This document shows positions 25,021 to 39,354 of a stretch of 64,000 nucleotides of DNA, in pieces (position 1 is the stretch's first letter; the number at the start of each line of letters is the position of its first letter). The stretch lies in the NCBI GenBank assembly GCA_028534125.1, contig CM052816.1, positions 44,766,001 to 44,830,000 of the forward strand, in the 5' to 3' direction. The notes beneath the pieces were generated by a model. The model saw nothing but the letters and a program-made list of their open reading frames with translations, ran no database searches and was not told the origin of the DNA. Source of the DNA: Lama glama (taxonomy: Eukaryota). The translations under genes and the position numbers were made by a program.

Positions 25021-26919
25021 TTTTAATAAAAAAATTACATCTCTATGTTGAATGCATTTCTCTCTAAAATCATCCTAACTCTATTATGTGAGTAAGATCT
25101 CATAGAAATGGTGACTATTTCAAAGTAATCAGTGGATAAAGATGATCTTGGATCAACCTAACAAAGATTCTAATTAGTTATTGCTTTACAAACATACATT
25201 ATTATGAGTTGTTTTTCTTTTAGAAGTCATAAAAATTTGTCAGTCATCAAAAGGTGTTCTAGTTATTAAGATTGAGCATTATATAGTCACACATTTTCAT
25301 GCAAAATTAAGGTCAAGTATAATAATGACTTTAGATTTCTGAGTTTTAATTTGACTTTAAAATTATAAATTTTATAAGATATATTTTAGTTATTCATTTA
25401 ACTTTTTAGAAAATGACATATGAATCAAGAATTATCCAATCATTATTTTTTCATGTAAGTTGTTAGCTAAAATATTAAATTTAGATTTTAGATTGTAATT
25501 ATTTTGATAATGTTGGTATTTAGAAAATAATGTCATTTAAACAAATATCCCTCAAAGTGGAAAATACTGATGTAAACATAATTCAGTATATTAAATTTTA
25601 TACTATTTATATTCTTAGAGTTCATAATCTGCATAAGGTAAATTTAATCACAAATTGGTCTAAAGTAGTCCATAAAATAATTTTAACCCCTATTAACTTT
25701 AACTTTATCACTGCCTATTTTGAGTAACATTTATTACAACAAAATTCTTCTCAATAGTTATTCTAGTTCAGTTTGAACTTTCTGTACTCACAAACACATA
25801 AGACATTTTTCCTACCTTAATTTTGGTCCAGAGGATTATTTCTTATTAATACTTTAAACATAAAATAGGTAACATATCAAACTTTGTATTTAAAAGCTTT
25901 TTTTTTTTTTGGCTGGCTGCTTTGTTGGCACTAAAGTTAAATAAGTTAATGCCAAATTCTCCATTTTAAAGCAACTTGTACAGATTGCCATTTTTCCTAT
26001 TTGAATTCAATTTTTATACTGGGGAATATGTTATTAAAAATCAGACTTGATTAATATTAGAAGCTTCTAATACCACAGTGAATTCAGGAGTGCCCCTGTC
26101 TCGCAACACCAGCACCCTGGGGTGACTCGCACAGCTGACTGTGGAATACATTACCAGGCTCCCATATACAAGCTAGGCATTCTATCGTAATCATTCTTTT
26201 CTTAGCACAAATTTGTAGGTCTCTGTGATATGAAGCTATTGGTAGTTCTGCCTGTACTCAAATGAAGTGATACTGAATTTCTATTATGCATGTGCCTTGG
26301 AAACCTCACAGCTCTCCATAAAGATTTTATTCACACAGCAGATTTGTTGTGACTTAGATAGTTTCAGACAATTTTAGATTTGAATGGACATGGCAGGATT
26401 TGACAGTATAAAAGAAATATCAGGAAAAAGAAACATGCAGAAGCAAATGATACATTAAGCAACCTACAGCACAAAGCAAACTGTATTGTAGTAAACAAAA
26501 CCAGCAAGTACATCTTTGAAGGACCTCTCATGGGGGCTAATCTTTTCATATTGCATATATGAGTTGGTGATGGAATTTTTCAAGTTCTTTCATCCTATGA
26601 ATTAAGTTTTGATAAAGCCTTGTTCCTTATATAACCTTCATATTTTTGAAATAAATTGTTCATAATAAGACAGATTCTAGTTTTCATTTATCTTCCCAGT
26701 GGTCTAGGCCACAAATACAAAAGGGAAAATAAACACAGTTGCAAACAAACATTTATTTCTCAACTAAAATTGAGAAGATTTAATTGGAAAAAGTAGAAGA
26801 GTAATTTTTAGTGGAAATATGAAGTGTGGAGTTCAAATAACAGTGAATTAATTCATGGCAAAAGGTGGGGAGAAATGAGTTAATATATTTAGGGCAAATA
26901 ACAGGTTTAATATAAAGTT

Positions 26920-27300
26920 TCCTTCATTATTGAGAGTGTACTAGACATCAGGCATAATTTAGACACTTAAGAAATAACACTGAACAATGCAGACAATATC
27001 CATTATTTCATGAAGCTTATTTACTAATGGAGGAGATAGTAAATAAAGAAGTAAATAAATTAGAAAAAAGAATAATGCCAGGTAGTAATAAATGCTATGA
27101 AGAATAATATAAACTAGACTGATGAAACTGAATCTATCTGTGATAGTAACAGGGTACGGGGAGGCAGCTACTTTACCTTTGGTGACTAGGAAAGACCTCA
27201 AAAGAGAGGTGATGTGAGCTGAGATATGAATGACAAAAAGAAGGTAGCCATATGAAGGCCTGTGGGCTTCTGGATTGACATACAGCAAATGCAAGCTTCT
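26920..27300 (-). mobile_element. L2 3' end remnant
   Basis: ttcattattgagagtgtactagacatcaggca...gaaagacctca...gaggtgatgtgagctgagatatgaatga. Confidence 0.75.
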
Positions 27301-27377
27301 TTTTAGGCTAATGTTGCTATCAGATGGGATTTCTTCTTATCACACACATTTATATTACTTGAAAAATAATTCACCTC

Positions 27378-27990
27378 TGGACAGTATGGAGGTTCCTCAA
27401 GAAATTAAAAACAGAACTATCATATGATACAGCAATAACCACTTCTGATTATATATTCAAAACAAAAGAAATTATTATTTCAAAGAGATATCTGGGCTCC
27501 CATGTTCACTGCAGCATTATTCTTAATAACCAAGGTGTGGAAATAACCTAAATGTCTAATAATGAGTGAATTGTTTAAAAAATTATACATATGTATGTAT
27601 ACATATATATATGTGAAAAAATGGTATTTTATACACACACACAGATGCACACAAACACACATATAAATACAGTGGGATATTGCTCAGCCTTGCTAAAGAA
27701 GGAAATCTTGCCATTTGTGACAACATGGATGAATCTGGAGAGTATTGTGCTAAATGAAATAAGTCAGACAAAGAAAGACAAATACTACATCATAGTAGCA
27801 CTTATAAACTTACATGTGGAATCTTAAAAAATAAGGCAAATATGTGAAGTGGTAGGTGAATTAGTTTAGTAGATTATGGGAATCCTTTCACAATATCAAA
27901 TATCCTTTCACATATATCAAATCATCACTTTAAGTACTTCAGATATATTATGACTTTGTCCATTATACCTCACTGAAGTTTAAAAAATGT
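27378..27990 (+). mobile_element. L1MA-like 3' end
   Basis: cagtatggaggttcctcaagaaattaaaaacagaactatcatatgat; ORF 27591..27827 has KKEILPFVTTWMNLESIVLNEISQ. Confidence 0.9.
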
Positions 27991-29129
27991 TCATATGAAC
28001 ATATACACAGAAATATTTCAATTTTGGAAGAAAAGTTGGATAGAGATTAAGGGAGAAAGAGGAGAAAAACAGAAAGGAAAATATGTAGTAGCTATATTGA
28101 GAGAAGCCAAACACATTTGTCCCAATAGATGTTAAGAACCTGATATACCTAAGCAAAAACAAGATAAATAGCACATCAACCATGTATTTTTGGAAGCTTT
28201 AGTTCTGACCCCAAATCAATCATTTTTTTTACCATAGTCATTCTCTAATTTTACAAATAATGTTAACGTATTTGATTTCTATGAGTATCCATTTTACATG
28301 AATTATTTAATGTAACCACAACAACACTTTAGTTCTGCCAAAATCCTTCAAGACCTGCACTCTGAGCATTCTCCTCCCTCTACTCCTCTCTAGCCTAACT
28401 TCCCAAAGTTCCTGTGATAACCTGGCTCTCTCATGTTGCAAAGGAGGACTATACTTGTATTATATCATACTAAGATATTAACTATTTATTTATCATATTT
28501 GAAAAGAAGTGAAATAAAAGGTAACTGTTAATACAAAATAACATGTCTACATATAGGATTTCAGTCATCCTCTAACCCTGTTGGAGAAGATATATTTCTA
28601 AGTAAAATACCATTTTATTACTCTTCAAAAACACTATTATTCATCCTGTATGTAAACCTGGTTTTGAATATAAATTTGGGATTGTTCTGATCCAGAAACT
28701 TCGAGGTAACCATCATCAATCTGAAGGACCTCTAGAATGCCCAAGGTTACAGATAAATTCAAATGTGAATTAAATTGTATCTCTGATATACATTTGATGC
28801 TTCCCTTGAAACTGCCTTTACATTCAAGTAATTTTTATGACATTAATAATTCATAATGTCATTGAGGGCAAGGACAACACCTATCCCAATCATGTCTTAT
28901 TTTTATTCCCCACTAATATAGGATTTGGAATTGTCAATGGGTCATGCTAGAGGAAAAGTACTGGATAATGTTAGGGAAGAAGGTGGTTAATGTGATCAGG
29001 CCATGTGTGTCTACTAATTGGCACTTATCAAAATTATGCTGCTACCTTCCTACCAAGACTCAAAGATAGGGATGCAATTTTTTTTTAACTCAAACTTTAG
29101 ATTCTTCTTTCGAGTAAAACAGGCTCTTC

Positions 29130-29425
29130 ACTGTTTACAAGGTTATTTCTGAGTTGCAAATATTCTGTTTTTTAGGGATGCCTTATTTTTTGATGATGAT
29201 GTATCAAAGAGATGGCTGTCAAGTTCTTGAGAAAGACATCTCTGGGTTGTAAAACTGGCAAAAGGTGGGAGAATGTTTTCATATAAAGGGGCGGAGAAAG
29301 AATTTACAGTTGGAAGTTTTTTAAAGTAAATGCTCCATGAAAAAAAAGATCAGAAGCCTATGGTCAGAAAGAAATCTGTCTAAAGTTTAGTCAGGCTGAG
29401 GGGAAACTTAAGTCTATCTCAGTCA
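29130..29425 (-). mobile_element. ERV1-class LTR fragment (MER31/MER67-like)
   Basis: Reverse complement begins TGACTGAGATAGACTTAAGTTTCCCCTCAGCCTGACTAAACTTTAGACAG, resembling this LTR group from memory. Left boundary uncertain. Confidence 0.6.
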
Positions 29426-31477
29426 GAATGTGGTACTTGCTTAATAAATATTTTCTGAACAAATGGATCAATTTCCCTGCAAAATATTTTAGGAGTCTAG
29501 CCAGACTTTGAAATCTTTCAATCACAACATATCTGAACAAATCATTGTAAAAGAAATGCCATGCTTAGATTATTAATTCCATAAAATCTAAAGCTAAAAT
29601 TGTCACATAATTATATTTCCATATATTCTAATACTCAGCATATAGCATATACTGATGGTAATTATAGCATAAATGCATACATAATGTCAGAAGCTCAGAT
29701 CTTTTGGGTTTCTATTAAATTCTTGCTTGTTTTTAGGTTTCCTTTTTTTCCCCCTTTACTGTGTTAATTTGGGAGGAAGGGAGGTTGGGCATTCAATTAT
29801 GAGATACTTTAGGACTAGGGTGATTTTAACTCTCATTTGAAATGAATTATTTTTCAACAAAAGCTAATGGAGAGGAAGAAACTCACTTTATTAAAGTGAT
29901 CACTCAAGCCAAAAGTATTTTATTTGTCCTTCTCCACTGAGAACTCTGCCCAATTACTTAATTAAATCTGAAATTATCAAATAGAGTGTACTCTCCAGGG
30001 TACAGTAGTCAAAAAAAAAAAATTCAAACAATGAATGTTTATTTTGGCATGTTAAGATTCCCTTACAATCTCAATTCATTGTTTCTTCGAATGAGAGTAG
30101 ACCTGATGGCAGGGCAAGGAAAGTACCTCAAACAGCCCTAAGAGTGATTTATAGTCTCCCTTCTGCCTTAATTCCATGGAATAGAACCCGACATGCCAAG
30201 ATGTTCAAGCTCTACCCTCCCAGTAGTGCATTTGACAAGAAATTATGGTAATCTCAAAATCCTACTGATGCTCAAAGAATTTTCATCAGCAGAAAAAAAT
30301 CAGGAGTAAATACAGAAGATTTTTTTTCTATTTAGAAGAACTCGGGTTATATAAATAGGTCTCATGCGGGGAGTCTTTGGAAGCTAGGAACTTCAAAGCA
30401 GATCACAGACTTCCAGTGGGTTAATCACTTAATGCAAGAGTGGGGAGATGGAATTACCACCATTCAGTCAAGCTAAACTTATCCTTTTCTTTAGAGAGCA
30501 AGCAAACGTCCATCTTTTAGTTTCTAACAGTACTCCAGGTGAACACGTGTTTGTGAGGCTGCTTTGCTTGCAAGGCATTTTGTGTAAATCAGAGTGGAAA
30601 GAATTTCTAAACAGCTACTAGTAGCATCTCATACACTACTTCATTCAGGCAGCTTCATCTTTCCCTTTGCTGCAAATCCTAGCTTTTGATCATTAAAACA
30701 CATCTACTTGACATTTAACAGAAAACAAAAGAGTGGCAAGATTATACAGGGTTAGGACAGAAGGAAAACTAGACTGGTTGACTACAAAAACAATAAGAAA
30801 AGAGCTCTGTATACCAATTAAAGTTCTTTAAAATTAGCAGAAATCATCTGATATGCTTAGAAACTAGTTGGATATGGAAGGGATGAGTGTTATTTCCACT
30901 GAACTCACATACCATGGTTATCAATGTCTGAAAAATCACATGGCATGATTAGAAATGAATATGTGGAAAATCCATAAACCTTTGGGAAAAAGGCCATGTA
31001 TTCCAGCTTCATGGTTTGGTGATATATTAATAACAGTAATAATAATAGAAGTTAATCAGAAAATCCTCAGACAAGTGCTTGGATAGAAGCCAGGGGTAGG
31101 CTGTGGATAGACACCATCTTCCTGGTGACTATGTGATATTTTTGATCCCTCAGATGATGCTCATGAAGGATCAAACTGAGTTTAATAACAGTTCATAAAC
31201 ACCTCCTGAGAATGACCAAGAAAAGAAAAGAAAGAGAAGCATCCATTAGCTATATTACCGCTAGAACTGCAATGGAATTGCAATGAAAATAGTAGTTGTG
31301 TGACAATGTAATATAAAATCAAAAAGTATATGGTATTATCATTTTATATGTTTAAATTATAAATGTTTATAGTTTATTATATATAACTGTATTATTTATT
31401 ATGTATAGAATATAAATGAAAAATTAAAGTGGAAATAGAGTAGAGGGCCTGTGCCTGGTACTTATTCCACAGATGTT

Positions 31478-32360
31478 TTATTAGTTAGGGTAAAGGCTAA
31501 ACTATGATAATATAGATCCAAACAATTCAGTGGCTTAAGACAAAAGTTTACTTATCTCTTACAGAATAGTCCTGATAGGAGTAGTCCTGGCTGGCTGGCT
31601 GTCTGGATGGCTCTTCCCCACAAGGTCATTCAGGGACTAGGTTTCTTCCACCTCGTTGCTCCACCACACCCCTCGTGTTGTCCTTATTTGAACACTGGAA
31701 ATGGAGTCCCTGCCACATCTGTGTTCAAGCCTGTGAGAAGGGAAAAGAGATAAGCCAGCATATTCCACCTTGTCTTTAAAAGAGATGACCTAGAAACTTC
31801 ACACATCACTTCTGCTTATACGCAAATAACCCAAATTCAATCCCATGAGCACTCCTACTGTATTAGTTTCCTAGGGCTGCGGTAAGGAAGTACCACAGAC
31901 TGAGCGGTTTAACAACAGAAATTAGTTTGCCTCACAATTCTGAAGGCTAGATGTCTGAGACCAAGGTATCAACAGGGTGGGTTTCCTCTGAGGCTTCTCT
32001 CCATGGCTTGAAGACGGCTGCATTCTTCCAGTTTCCACATGGTCTTTCTTCTATATATTCCCGTGTCCTAGTCTCCTTTTCTTTTAAGGACACCAGTCAT
32101 ATTGGATTAGGGCCCATGCTAATCTTAATTGCTTCTTTAAAAATCGAATATCCAAATATAGTCACATTCTGAGATACAGGGGTTAAGAATGTCAACAAAT
32201 AAATTTTGAGAGGACACAATTCAGCCCATAATACCTAGCTGCAAAGGAGACTGAGAAATGTAGTTTGTAGTTGGATGTCCATTTAGCTAAGTAAAATGTA
32301 GTCCTGTTTCTAAAGCGAAAAAGAGGAGAATAGCTATTAAGGAATATTTAGAAACATCTG
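31478..32360 (-). mobile_element. Old MaLR LTR (MLT1J/K/L-like) split by a younger MLT1 LTR
   Basis: ttcagtggcttaagacaaaagtttactt...cacatcacttctgctta...ccta|gctgcaaaggagactgagaaatgtagt. Confidence 0.75.
31859..32233 (-). mobile_element. Apparently complete MaLR solo LTR (MLT1A/B/C-like)
   Basis: Begins tgtattagtttcctagggctgc and ends ggacacaattcagcccataata; 5-bp flanks cctac (31854-31858) and cctag (32234-32238). Confidence 0.9.
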
Positions 32361-34469
32361 TCACATTATTCTAGAATTACCAAGTACAAGGCCAAGTGTA
32401 TACTACGTAAAAACTGACCAAGAAAAGAATAGGAAGGATATATAATTGGTAATGAAACTCAAAAGCAGTTGAGCCCCAAGACAGAAATCCTGTTTTTATG
32501 TAACAGCCTGGTTGTATTAAATTAACTCAATTTTAGGAGTAGTGAGGCTATTTCAAGTGTGGAGAGTATAATTTAAGATAAATATAGTATCTGCATAGGT
32601 TTCTTAAGCATTAGGAGAAAAAGATTTCTTAGGATGTTATAACCAGTCTCCTTTGGCCACCACAAAAAGTGGATATAATAGAGCCATTTATAAAGAGAAT
32701 TTTATCAATGTGATCACTCCTCTTTTTTACTTAAATGTTTGTTCATGCGTGTCATGCGTAAGATTCTCTTAATCTAGAAATAAAGAAAACAAAAGGATTT
32801 TGCTAAATGCAATAAAGCCCCATAGTTTGTGTAAGCCTGATATACAAGCAAGCTACAGGAATTGTTGTTTATAAAAATTATCAGGTATACATAAGATGAT
32901 GGAAGATGGGAAATAAGACTCATGAATTAGTGAGCAGAAAAGTTTCTGGCTAAACATTGGTGTTTTTAAATAAACACTCAGATGTGTTCGACTATTTTAA
33001 TCCCTCCGCAAACTTAGGTCTGAAGTATAATTCAGGAACCTACATATAACCTTCAATTCATGTTCTCAATTCCCATGGCAATTCTATACCCTGAAACCAT
33101 AAGCATGTGAATATAGTTACAAATAGTTAATTTCTGAAATTTATTTGAGTGGATATTTGCAGGTCCCTTTCTGCTGTGACTTGCATCTGGGTGCAGGCCA
33201 GGAGCACCCATTCCTTTCTACTTTACACAGACAGGAAGAAAATGGGAGCATAAGGCAGTTTTACCAAGAAATACTGTGATTAAAAAATAGTTATACAGCA
33301 AAACACAGTTGCAAACACACAGCATCATTCACTGCTAATGAGTTAAAAGGATACCACAGTGCACATATAAATCACTATACAGTATCTTGCAGTTTATTTA
33401 AATTCATTGTGCCTCATTATAACTGAGCTATGCACCTTTAGGTCTGCGTTGATTAGGAATGCGATAGCTCAGAATAGCTTTTAATTCAGAGAAACATGGC
33501 CTGACCTTTACCATAATCCTGTGTGAAACACACTATAGTTTAGACATTAATAATGATGCTACCTCTTTTTCATACTGGGGAGATGCTACTTAAAATTTGG
33601 TATTATTAGTTAACAGGCTCGAGCCAATACATCAAAACCAAATTACCCTTCTGTGTATAACTACAGTACTTAATTCTGAGTTCTTCATCTCTCATAACTA
33701 TTACTTCCTCTTTAAAAATGCTAAAAACCAAAATGTAATAGTGTCATGTCACAGCAATAAGTCACAGATACAAACTAAAGGCACTCCGCCTCACTCCCCG
33801 CGGACTGCCACTGTACGCTGTTAAGGATCCGAGCTTCATGATATACGTTCTAACAGCTAAGGCATTGCTTGTCTTTGACCTTTGTATCTCCATTTAAGAA
33901 TGCCATTTCCTTAAATCACCTTCTGGTAAGTCAACTAGCACAAACAATAGAACTTTCTTACTATTCTCATTCAGATGCAATAGAAAATACAAATCACAGG
34001 TTTAAATGTCCATTTTCTTTTTTAAAAATCATTTTTTGTGTTTATCATCATAAATACAGTAAACAATAAGGGAATACATTTACAGAGTTTAATTGATCTA
34101 ACAGCTCACCAAAGCTCATAATGGAAAATAACATTCCTCTGGGCCACTCATTTCCACCCCTTTTTATCTTTGCCTCCCACTTGCCGGAGGCAACTCATTT
34201 TGGCTCTCTTAGCTGTTTCCTCCAGCATTTTTAACTCACATTCCTAAATAATGTGTTTATATTGTTTAAATCTCAATGTTCCAGTTTCAGACATTACATT
34301 TTGAGTTTTTGTGACAAAAAATAATATATAGCCCTTTTAGAACACGATACCCTCAAAACCTAAGATGTCCTTTCATGATCAGTTATAGAGATTTCCTCTG
34401 TTACTCTTGTGTTCAACCCCCTTTCGCAGAATCCCTTTCTTTGAGTTAGAATTTCCTTTGTCTCTGAGA

Positions 34470-34805
34470 AACAGAAACTCAACACAGGGGATCAAACAAA
34501 AGAAGAGACTGCTTATCACCAGCGGAAAAAAAACAAACAAAAAACGGTGATCCAGGAGTACAATGACCCTCGGGTCTCACTGCTTTGAGGTGCTTGCTTT
34601 TCATTTCCCAGGACACCAGGTCACAGTGAAAGACCGCTGCCAGAACTTCCACCATTATGTGTCCCCTACAGAAAAGGAAGAGGAAGGGCAAGCCCATTCC
34701 CTTTCAGAACATGTACATACTGCCTCTGCTGAAATCCCATAAGCAGCACTTAATCACATGGCCATACCTACTTGCAAGGAGACAGGAAATTGAGGTTTTT
34801 ATTTC
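34470..34805 (-). mobile_element. Old MaLR LTR remnant (MLT1K/L-like)
   Basis: aatcacatggccatacctacttgcaaggagacaggaaattgag. Confidence 0.6.
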
Positions 34806-35261
34806 AACAGTTCTACTACTAAGATAGAAGGAAGGAAAGCTAGAGTTATACTTTTTGAGGCCTTGCCTCTCTTTAAAAATGTCTTTATTTTTATACTCTC
34901 ACACTGGACTGAAAGATTGGCAGGGGTACAAAACCAAATTGTAAATGTTTTTTTATAGAATTTTTAAGGTGTTTCACTGTCTTCTGGCTTCCAGAATTGA
35001 CACTGAGAAGTCGAAGTCTGTTGTGATTTCTAATTCTTTGTCTGTGATCCTCTTGTACCCCACTCCAGGAGCTTTAAGGATAGTCTCCTTACTCCGGTGT
35101 TCTACAATGTCACAGTGGCATGCACTATGTGAATCTTGTTCCGTTCACTTACTGTACTCAGTTCTAGGAGAGGCTTTTAACCTGGAAATTAAAGTTCACC
35201 AATTCTGGAAAATGTTTTTGCCTTATTTCTTTGATAAATTTTCTCTCCTTCTGAAAGTTGA

Positions 35262-35655
35262 GCCTTAGCATCAGTCAAAATGAGCTGCATTGTGTTGCAG
35301 CAAAAAGCAAACTCAAGTATCTGCGACATAACACAGCAGAGGTTGTTTCACTGACACTACAGGTCCAACAGGGACCAGCTAGGGGTTTGGCTCCACGTTG
35401 TCCTTACACAGAGGCTACAGTGACAGAGTCTCCACCCTCCCAAGGACCTCAGGATGGCAGCAGAGGAAAAGCAACATGGTGAGACACATGTTAGCCATTA
35501 AAAACATCCATCCAGAAGTAACTTGCATTTCTATGAAGATTTTATGATTCACAGAAAGTAGCATGTCCATCCCTAACTGCAAAAGCGTGGGAAGTTGTAA
35601 TCTCACAAGATCCCTGAAAGGAGGATTACCAGAATATAGATTAACAACCCTAAGG
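35262..35655 (-). mobile_element. MaLR LTR remnant (MLT1H/I-like)
   Basis: gttgcagcaaaaagcaaactc...ataacacagcagaggttgtttc...catgtccatccctaactgcaaaag. Confidence 0.6.
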
Positions 35656-35714
35656 ATTATAACAGGTCTCCTAGAAGAATACTCTAATTTTAGTTTCACT
35701 TCCCTTTTTCTTGT

Positions 35715-37420
35715 ATTGTTGAGATTTATCTTATATGAAATAAAGTGCACACAATTTAAGTATATACATTAATGAATTTTTCATATGTATATACCCATGT
35801 ACCATGATCTAAATCAAGATATAAAATATTCCCAACACCCCAAAGACTTCATCCTGCCCTCTCTTAGTTAGTACTTCCAAAGGTAACCGGGAATCTGACC
35901 TCTATCATCGCAGATTAATTTTGCCTGTTTTGAACAAAATACAAAGAGAAGTATATACTCTTTTGTATCTGAATTCTTTCACTCAGCTATATGTTGGTGA
36001 GATGCATCAATAACATTAGATGTAACAAAGTGGTTTTCTTTATTTTAGCATTACATTGATTATATGAATAATACCTTTTATTTAGTCATTCAACTATTGT
36101 TGGACATTTAGGTTATTTCTAGTCTTGGGCTAGTAAGAGTAAGTTTCTATAAACTATACTGTACATGTCTTTTAGAGAAAAACATTGAAAACTGAACAGA
36201 ATCTGTTAATTTTAATGAATTTCAATTTTTAATTTTTAAATAGCTTAAAGGTTAGTGCTTTTTCTGTCCTATTTAAGAAAACTTTGATTATCCAAGTTAT
36301 TTTTTAATATATATTTTTATTGAAGTTTAGTCAGTTTACAATGTTGTGTCAATTTCTGGTGTACAGCACAGTGCTTCAGTCATATATGAACATACATATA
36401 TTCGTTTTTATATTCTTTTGCACCATACGTTACTACAAGATACTGACTATTGTTCCCTGTGCTATACAATATAAACTTGTTGTTTATCCATTTTATGTTT
36501 AGTAGTTACTATCTGCAAATCTCAGACTCCCAGTTTGTCCTTCCCACTCCCTTCCCCTCCTGGTAACCATACATTTGTTTTCAATGTCTGTGAGTCTGTT
36601 TTTGTTTTGTACATAAGTTTGCCTGTGTGTGTGTGGTTTTTTGTTTGTTTTTTTTTAGATTCCACATATAAGTAATAGCATATGGTATTTTTCTTTCTCT
36701 TTCTGGCTTACTTCACTTAGAATGACATTCTCCAGATCCACCCTTGTTGCTGCAAATGGCATTATTTTATTCTTTTTATGGTTGAGTAGTATTCCATTGT
36801 ATAAACATACCACTACTTCTTTATCCAATCATCTGTCGATGGACATTTAGGTTGTTTCCATGTCTTGGCTATTGCACATAGTGCTGCTATGATCACTGGG
36901 GTGCATGTATCTTTTTGAATTAAGGTTCCCTCTGGATATATGCCCAGGGGTGGGATTGCTGGATCATATGGTAAGTCTATTTTTAGTCTTTTGAGGAAAC
37001 TCCATACTGTTTTCCAAAATGGCTGCACCAAACTACATTCCCACCAACAGTGTAGGAGGGTTTCCTTTTCTCCACAGCCTCTCCAGCATTTATCATTTGT
37101 GGACTTTCGAATGATGGCCATTCTGACTGGTGTGAGGTGATACTTCATTGTAGTTTTGATTTCTCTGATAATTAGTGGATTATCCAAGTTATGAATATAC
37201 TCTCCTAAATTTTCCCCCAAAACTCTTATATTTTATTGCTTACTTTTAGGTCCATGATCCATCTCAAATTAATTTTGGTATACAGTGTACAGTAGGGGGT
37301 AAAGATTTTTTTTTCATTTAGATAACCAAAGAAAGATATCATTTACTAGAACCATTTTTTACAAGCAGATTTGTGGTAATGCCCCTTTTTGTAAATCAGA
37401 TGATCACATGTGTTTCAATT
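35715..37420 (-). mobile_element. L1MC/MD-like 3' fragment hosting a young L1
   Basis: ataaagtgcacacaatttaagtatatac...aaatcaagatataaaatattccc; resumes after 37192 with ttaggtccatgatccatctcaaattaatttt. Confidence 0.8.
36301..37177 (-). mobile_element. Young 5'-truncated L1 (877 bp) with perfect 15-bp TSD
   Basis: ORF 36813..37220 gives the ORF2p C-terminus ([15 protein letters not shown]...[18 protein letters not shown]...YDPAIP). GATTATCCAAGTTAT at 36286-36300 and 37178-37192. Confidence 0.97.
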
Positions 37421-39354
37421 TTCTGTCTCTTTGGCCTTTATTTTCTTTCCTGGATGATTTATTCAACATTATATTATAACTCTTACATATTTATATTTTA
37501 AATTTCCATTATCATGTTTTAATTTTCAAAAGCTTTTTGTTCTCTGATTATTTCTTTTAACATTGCAGACTTTTTAAATCAAGGACACATTGTATTCTCT
37601 CACCTAGGGGATCTTGTATTTGTGGGGATTGATTATATTTTTTCAGCCTCCTGAATTGGTTCATCCTCCTCTGGTTTGGGTCTCTGTCTTTCATGTAAGA
37701 GATTTTCTCAAGTATCTAGTGACCATTAGGTACCCCTTCAGTATGCAAAAAGCTGACTAGAATTTTACTTCAGGTGAGAAGAGCTTATTAGCTGAAGGGC
37801 CTCAGTGTGTAGAACTGCTGAATAGAGAGTAATATTTTACTAGCTTTTCTCTTGGTTTTGCCAATTTCTGCAAAAAGATCTTCCACTTTCCACCGATGGA
37901 GATACAAATCCATGACTTGAGTACAATACCATCTTGCTCAACAGTGCCACCTATCCCTAAATCCAGATTCCTTCTGATTCATCATCTCAGGAAAATAAAC
38001 ATATAGACCTCTGCTAGTGTTGAGAAGGAAGCAGTCCGTTTGGAGTGGAGACATAGAACAAGTCACCTAATTGCTTTGTGTTACCAACTTCCAACATTCT
38101 TTGCTTCTACCCCTCCACCACTATATCCCATATTCCAATTCCATATGCCGTTGCTGCCAATCCCAAGATCCTGTGAGATAAAGCAGATTATTTCTTGATT
38201 GATTTTTACTATAAAATTTTAACTAAAATTTCAGGTTTTCTAGTTTGCTTAGTGAGTTGCCACTTGTCCATTTCAGTTATACGTAAAAATATCAGGTTGA
38301 TTGCCATTATTCACTATTTCCTGTCCCCCAACCCCTACCCATTCTCTTCTGCTTTCTGTGTTTATGATTTTTTTGTATTCTTGTCATTATTTTAGTGGTG
38401 TTTGGGTAAGAAATCATGTTTTCTACATTTATTGTCTGATTTGGATTCGCTGTTGGCTCTCTTTGGCACAAGATAAATTATGTTTTGGAAGCAAAACAAA
38501 ACAACAAATGAGTTGTTTCTCTTAAATTGAAATGAAAAATAATTAATCTCACTGCCTAAAGTTCAACACACTTTAGTTTATCTATTTTTTTCTTTCACAG
38601 TTAGAAAGCATCTATAGGTTTTATGAACAGCAACTCCTAAACGCTCACATTGACCAAATTTAAAATATATGATTATATTTTTTAATTAAAGTTTATAAAA
38701 TATTAAACAATTTATATTGAAAAATATTGCCATTTTTCCAAACTTCCAACAGAATGTCTCTTTTCTAAGTCTCACTGAATTTAGACAATGCCTCCTAAAA
38801 TTTCTTTTTTAAAAAATAGATAATGTGTTCTTCATTGCCATAAGAATTAAATAAGTCACTATAACTGGCTAGGTAATTTTCTCCTTTCATCACTACTCCA
38901 TGTTTTATCCAAGTTGGGAATGTGCCCTGGAATGCAAATTTCCCTTTACAAATAGACAAGAAAATTTCCTAAGACTGATGTCAAATAAGGGCTCACTTCT
39001 CCAACCAGCACTACTAAGCTATATGAGACTCATTTTTATTAAGACACAAGTATCAAACAATCAGCGTAATACGAAGCTCATAGAAACACTATGTAGTATT
39101 TAAGTCTTGATTTTCAAACAGGGTAAGAGGGAGGCTCGTAGAGGATACAGATTGGCTGCTTACAAAAGAAGACTGTCATTTCCCCACTTGTGTGCATCAC
39201 CTCATTATATTAATGAAAAATTAGGTCCAAATAAATAAATAAGTTTTCCTTGATTATATAGCCACTTGAACCGGAATAAAACTAATCTCTCTCAGAACCC
39301 CAGTCCAGTGTGTCAGCTTGGTGTTTTCCATTTACAAATTATGTACATTTAACA

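Larger units (their letters stand above)
34080..38400 (-). mobile_element. Ancient HAL1/L1ME-like element fragmented by later insertions
   Basis: Antisense ORF1-like phrases at about 34850-35255 (aaaatgtctttattt...ttcactgtcttctggcttccagaattgacactgagaagtc) that continue at about 37420-38400. Family and limits tentative. Confidence 0.5.
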
